A stretch of 64,000 bases of DNA from Heptranchias perlo (lineage: Eukaryota), in the NCBI RefSeq assembly GCF_035084215.1, contig NC_090336.1, positions 31,806,001 to 31,870,000 on the forward strand. Reading direction: 5' to 3'. The notes under the pieces are model-generated. The model worked only from the letters and a program-made list of their open reading frames with translations. It was not told the DNA's origin and made no database searches. Position numbers and translations under genes: made by a program. Of this stretch, positions 59,562 through 64,000 are shown piece after piece; the first letter of the stretch is position 1, and each line of letters begins with the position of its first letter.

Positions 59562-61899
59562 GGACAACAGGAGGCTTAGCCGCAGTGACTGTTGACGAAT
59601 CCTGAGCAACCTGCTCTTCTCAGCAACAGCTAATTTAGCAGGCGTTAGGCCTCTCATTTACATTTGTACGGGGCCAACGCCTTTTTTAGGCATCGGCCAG
59701 GGACGCCTGAAACATCGCCCAACCCAATATGGAGTCAGCTCTTGCATGCATCCTTGGGGCTTGGGGCATTGCCCCTAAAAATTGGAACATTTTGCATCCA
59801 TTGTCTGCCCAGAAAATGTATAATTTTACTTCTAACAATAAGTTGAATTTAATTGCATTGGCCTGACATGTCTGTATGTATGGCATGGTGTTTTTATGTC
59901 AATTGTAAGTGATCAGTATATAAGTTGTATTCTACACTATTTCTGGTACATACCTCCATGGTATAATGGTTAATTGTTCACCCTGTACCACACTATCATA
60001 GCTTTTTCACACATCAGTTCAAGTTTCAGTTCATAGGAAACATAGGGTTGGCTATGAAAGCTGGCCTTTTGCAGAGTGCCTGAATAAAGAGCATTGGGAA
60101 GTAGCATGGAATATAACAGCTTTATTGCCTTGTAACATACTCAGACTGTGTACTATTGTACATGTAGTCTGTATTCGTTAGAGTCAGGAGACATAAGCTT
60201 GTTTTCATTTAATGTGGTCCAGCAAATATTGGAAAAAGTCATTGTCATTGCGCTGTGGAACATTCAAACAGACTTTGTGTCTGGGACTGCCAGGAATAAA
60301 TAGCTCCAAACGCTCAGCTGAACGTTTGCCATGCTGGCTGTTGACTCAGATTTGCATTGTAGCAGACATTAGACGCTAAGTCTGTTGTAATACAAACATT
60401 TGCCAATGCATTCTTTTTTAATATGCCTTTGTTTTGCAATCCAGTATGGCAACATGCAAGGCAACAACCCCCTTTATGGTAATATACTCCAAGATAAGGT
60501 TCTACCACGGCCTTTATCTATGGGCATTCATTTGAAAAATACCCTGGAGATTTCAAAATAACTATTAAAAATTGGAATCTTTGGTAATTTTTTGATTTCC
60601 AATACTCTTTTGTTCACATCAAACTGCATAAATAAATTGTTTTTTTAAAACTTCAAGCCTATGAATAAACCACAGATTGTCACACATCTGCAGCACACAC
60701 TCAATCCATATGCTGGCAATATTCTGATGGGCAATTTCTAGCAGTTCAAAGCTTGTTCCTTTCTTTCTTCTCTGTCAGCTTTTTTCTTCCCGTTCCCTTT
60801 TGTCTTTTTTCAATATGATTATAATTATCCTTTATATCTAAAAAAAAAATCCTTTTGTATATCTCTTATTTTTCTACTTATTGTCTATTTTTTTTCCTCC
60901 TGTGCCACTTCTCATTTTCTCTCTTTCAATTTCTTTATTTCACTTTCATAACCTAAAACCTACAGAGATGTTAAGAAAGATCAAGGGTAGCACAGCCCAG
61001 AAGGACTGTGGGTGGCCAGGACCCCACAGGGCTGGATACTCAGAGTTGAATGGGAAGGATTGAAGCTGGCAACAGTTAAAAACTACAGGGATCAGAGGAT
61101 GCAGAAAATAGAGGGATCACACCTGGTCCCACAACCAGTCCAATTCCATCTTGTAGTCTTTTTGGCTTGGTACTCAGCCCCACGTGATCAGGCAGTCATC
61201 TTTACTGCCTTGTGTTCCATCACATGCTTCAGACACACATGTACTCTAAGATTAATTGAAGGACTGCAGCCAGTTACATTTTAGGAATTTAAATTGTGTG
61301 GGTTTTTTTTTAAAATCATTTTGTTTTTTTCTTCATGTTTTATTTTCTGTTCCCTTCTCCATTTTTTGGTGCACTTTTTCGTTTGCAGCGGCCTATTTTC
61401 CATTCTCTTATTTCTGCCTTATTTTTTCTCTCTGTCGTATTTTACCTGTTTCATTTACTCTTCTGCTATTTTCCTTTTTATTTTTGATTTCCTGATTTTT
61501 ATCCCACGTTCTTTCACTAAAACTGATTGTCACCATTTGACTTTGAACTGAACAGCAGTGGAAATTTCTAAATCTTAAACCAGCCAGGCTGTTTTCTTTT
61601 CATGCAAATGAACTGCTTCCATTTACTTCTGTGACTTATGATGCAGACATTAATTATTAAGGTTTCCATAACATTTCGTCATCAGCAAAGTAAACATCAA
61701 AACTCAAGTCACGATCTCATCTGACTCCCTGTCCGATTTTAGAAGTGGCCAAAGAGAGTAGTCAATGCTTTCTTTACACCTCTTATCAAGAACAAGTGGA
61801 GAAACTAGTTCCTAGCTGGAATAAACATATCTCCCTGAAGAACAAACATGCTGCATTAAGTTGGTAGATGTGTATTTTTAACCTAAATCTACAAAGGGA

Positions 61900-62345
61900 G
61901 AGCAAAAACAGCCTCCAACTTAACATAATATTTTGCATCTGTATATCATGTCAAAATATTTCAAAACATAAAGTGCAGTAGCTGCAGTTACACCAGGGAA
62001 TAAGCCAGGCGTTCTGTGCCAGCAATATCCTGCAAACAAGAATGAGGTGAAGGACCAGTTAATCTGATTTGTTTTATGGCATTTACTGAGAGAAGAATGT
62101 TGAGGAGGATGTCAATAGAATGCCTTGCCCTTCTTCAAATGGCACTATTGGATTTTAGCATCCACCTGAACCCACCAGAGTAGACAGTTGCGATCTATAA
62201 TCTCAATCAAAGGATGACACCTCCAATAAATTGGCATGTCCTCATCAGTTGACTAGAGTGGCAGGCTAGTTCATGAGTTCAAACCAAAGTGGGGTTCAAA
62301 CCCATACTCCGACCTGGGGGCGGAAGTCTTCCAACTGAGCCAAAC
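61900..62345 (-). mobile_element. Degraded Deu-type SINE
   Basis: CTTCTTCAAATGGCACTATTGGATTTTAGCATCCACCTGA...CCAACTGAGCCAA. Confidence 0.55.
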
Positions 62346-62604
62346 TAATTCACCTTATAACACATAACTGTTCACACAAACATTCAGGAATTCATGTGTC
62401 TGTGCATCATATACTGCTATGTTATGCAATGTAGTTCAAATACAGTTAAAACTTTGGGCATCTACCATCCCCAATATATAGCTATCTGTAAATCAGAAAT
62501 CAAACAAGTGTTTCATTATGAGGAACAGCTGAAGATGCAGGCTTTAGTCCCTTCACTTTAACCGCCCAAAAGACACAACTATCAAAGCATTCAAATCATA
62601 AATC

Positions 62605-62730
62605 ATTAGTTGGTAGCAGTTTTACCTCTAGTTCAGAGGTTTTGGGTTCAAGACCCACATCAGGGTTTGAGCTTCTAACCTAGGTTGAACTTCAATGTAA
62701 TATGAGCGAGTACTGTATTATTGGAGGTCA
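62605..62730 (+). mobile_element. Deu-type SINE tRNA head
   Basis: AGTTGGTAGCAGTTTTACCTCTAGTTCAGAGGTTTTGGGTTCAAGACCCAC. Confidence 0.55.
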
Positions 62731-62734
62731 GTAA

Positions 62735-63100
62735 ACGGGAGGGCTGGGGGGGGGAGAGGGGGGAGGCTGGCAATCAGGGCTGGGGGAGGCCGAAGGCTTC
62801 TTGAAGGGCCAAGGGGAGCACTCCGACTCCCTCACAAGGGGGCTGAAAAAGACACTTACCTTGTGGAGCCGGTAGTTTCTGCTTCCCTCTCAAACCCCAG
62901 TTTTAAATCAGGCTCCCAACTGCACCACAGGAGCCCGATTCAAATATGTTAATTAAGTGTCCCACCTCTCCATGGCACAACACTCGGACACCCCGATATC
63001 TGCCGCCGTAAAAAAAGCAGCGGGCGCGTGTGCAACATGTTGGGGATGCGTTCCCCGTATTTAACTCTTTAACCCCTTCCCCTCTGATTCACTGGAGAAG
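62735..63100. mobile_element. Harbinger-type MITE fragment
   Basis: GGAGCACTCC..CACAAG..CACTTACCT block shared with 19590-19646 and 38986-39040. Confidence 0.6.
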
Positions 63101-63147
63101 GGGACCTATAGTTTAGAAAGAAACCAGTGCTGTAAATAGAATCATAA

Positions 63148-63570
63148 ATGCTCACAGGTCGCTATTCAAGATTGTATAGCAAAATGGGCGAAAAAAATTA
63201 CAACCACACTTATTTTAAAACAGAAAGTGGACTTCATGAGAAGTTTATGAAAGACATTTTGATTACCTGGAAAATGTTGCATATGAGAAACTGGAATGCT
63301 CAAGAAGTGGATAATCAGGAAGCACACAATTGATCTTAACACTGGTATCCTCCCTGGCAGTCTGAAAAAAACGACTGCAGCTATTATGGACTTGATGCAA
63401 ACAGCTTGAATAGGGGTGAACTAGAAAACATGAAAAGCCACACGAAAGATCACATAAAGAAACAGCTGGCGGTAGAACATGGAGTCCATCGTATACTGAA
63501 GAGTCTCGCTGAGACCACAACTCTGTATCACTTGAGATAAAGAATGTTTTCAGACCTGCGGTTTGGGACT
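63148..63570 (+). pseudogene. Probable ancient pogo/Tigger-like DDE_1 transposase relic
   Basis: Ordered degenerate motifs across frameshifts: ESGLHEKFMKDIL, VDNQEAH, ILPGSLKK.LQLL..DAN, KN.F..CGL, resembling GWMD..M..WL, LD...AH, IPGG.T..LQPLD..VN and F.KCGI. Confidence 0.4.
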
Positions 63571-64000
63571 ATCAGCAGCAAAGTCAGGAACAGAATAAAA
63601 TGGAGAAATGCAACTTCGTAAGTACAGTCACAGACAACTGTGATCCAAAGGGTCCTACAAACAGTGATGTAGTATCACATAGAGTTCTATTTCTGAAAAC
63701 TTGAAAGGAGATGACCAGTTGGTTGAAGCTGAAGTCCTTTGAATCCTTTTTGCAAAGGCAACATGATGTTATGTAACAAACTCACTCGTTTTTCCTTCAA
63801 ATTTTTCAGGGGTGAATTTTGCGCTCATCAAAGTGAAAAAGCTCCTTATAGGAGAGCGGAACTATTATTTTAGTTCCTTCTATTCTGCTCAGTACCATGG
63901 CCCCAAACTCAGAGGACCACCTGACGTTTCATTTTTCACTCTTAATTATGATATCACTTTAATGCGAATTAATGTCTAATTGGCTACTGCCCACTAGGGA

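Larger units (their letters stand above)
56340..59810. mobile_element. Old Harbinger element with Myb relic (+) and transposase N-terminus (-), carrying SINE and CR1 insertions
   Basis: HFCEPMFDVLLKEVQQRK...QQAWQKV (56600-56760), exon 2 after TTTTATACAG near 56955 with ..TGG..; minus VSEETCLCRLCFTSEAATEFCSLL...LPSAVKVTTALNFY (58745-58942). Boundaries approximate. Confidence 0.65.

Noticed and set aside
63266-63555. Minus-strand host exon with CGCAG acceptor and CAG|GTAA donor
   Set aside because: Translation unrecognisable; the plus strand is better explained as a transposase relic.

Overview
Vertebrate, most likely cartilaginous-fish (shark-type), intronic or intergenic DNA dominated by nested transposable elements; no host protein-coding gene could be identified with confidence. 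It contains many CR1-clade LINE copies with (ATTCTATG)n-type tails, one with an ~900-codon uninterrupted ORF2 at 2725-5421. There are five copies of a second LINE family (MFADD RT, ...CACATCCCRTGAAYRAATAAAA tail) and a tRNA-SINE sharing that tail, plus L2 fragments and Deu-type SINEs sharing the L2 tail. A dense set of PIF/Harbinger elements (spliced Myb/SANT gene, convergent HARBI1-like transposase, MITE derivatives) is also present, along with a hAT MITE, a solo LTR, a Gypsy pol relic, a probable pogo-like transposase relic and two G/C-rich minisatellites. The most distinctive items are a 98-bp Penelope-type insertion encoding a minimal hammerhead ribozyme (13353-13450) and a minus-strand proline-repeat frame whose unique flanks are broken only by TGA codons (~24.7-26.1 kb). 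All assignments come from reading motifs by eye; no database search was possible, and boundaries without TSDs are approximate.
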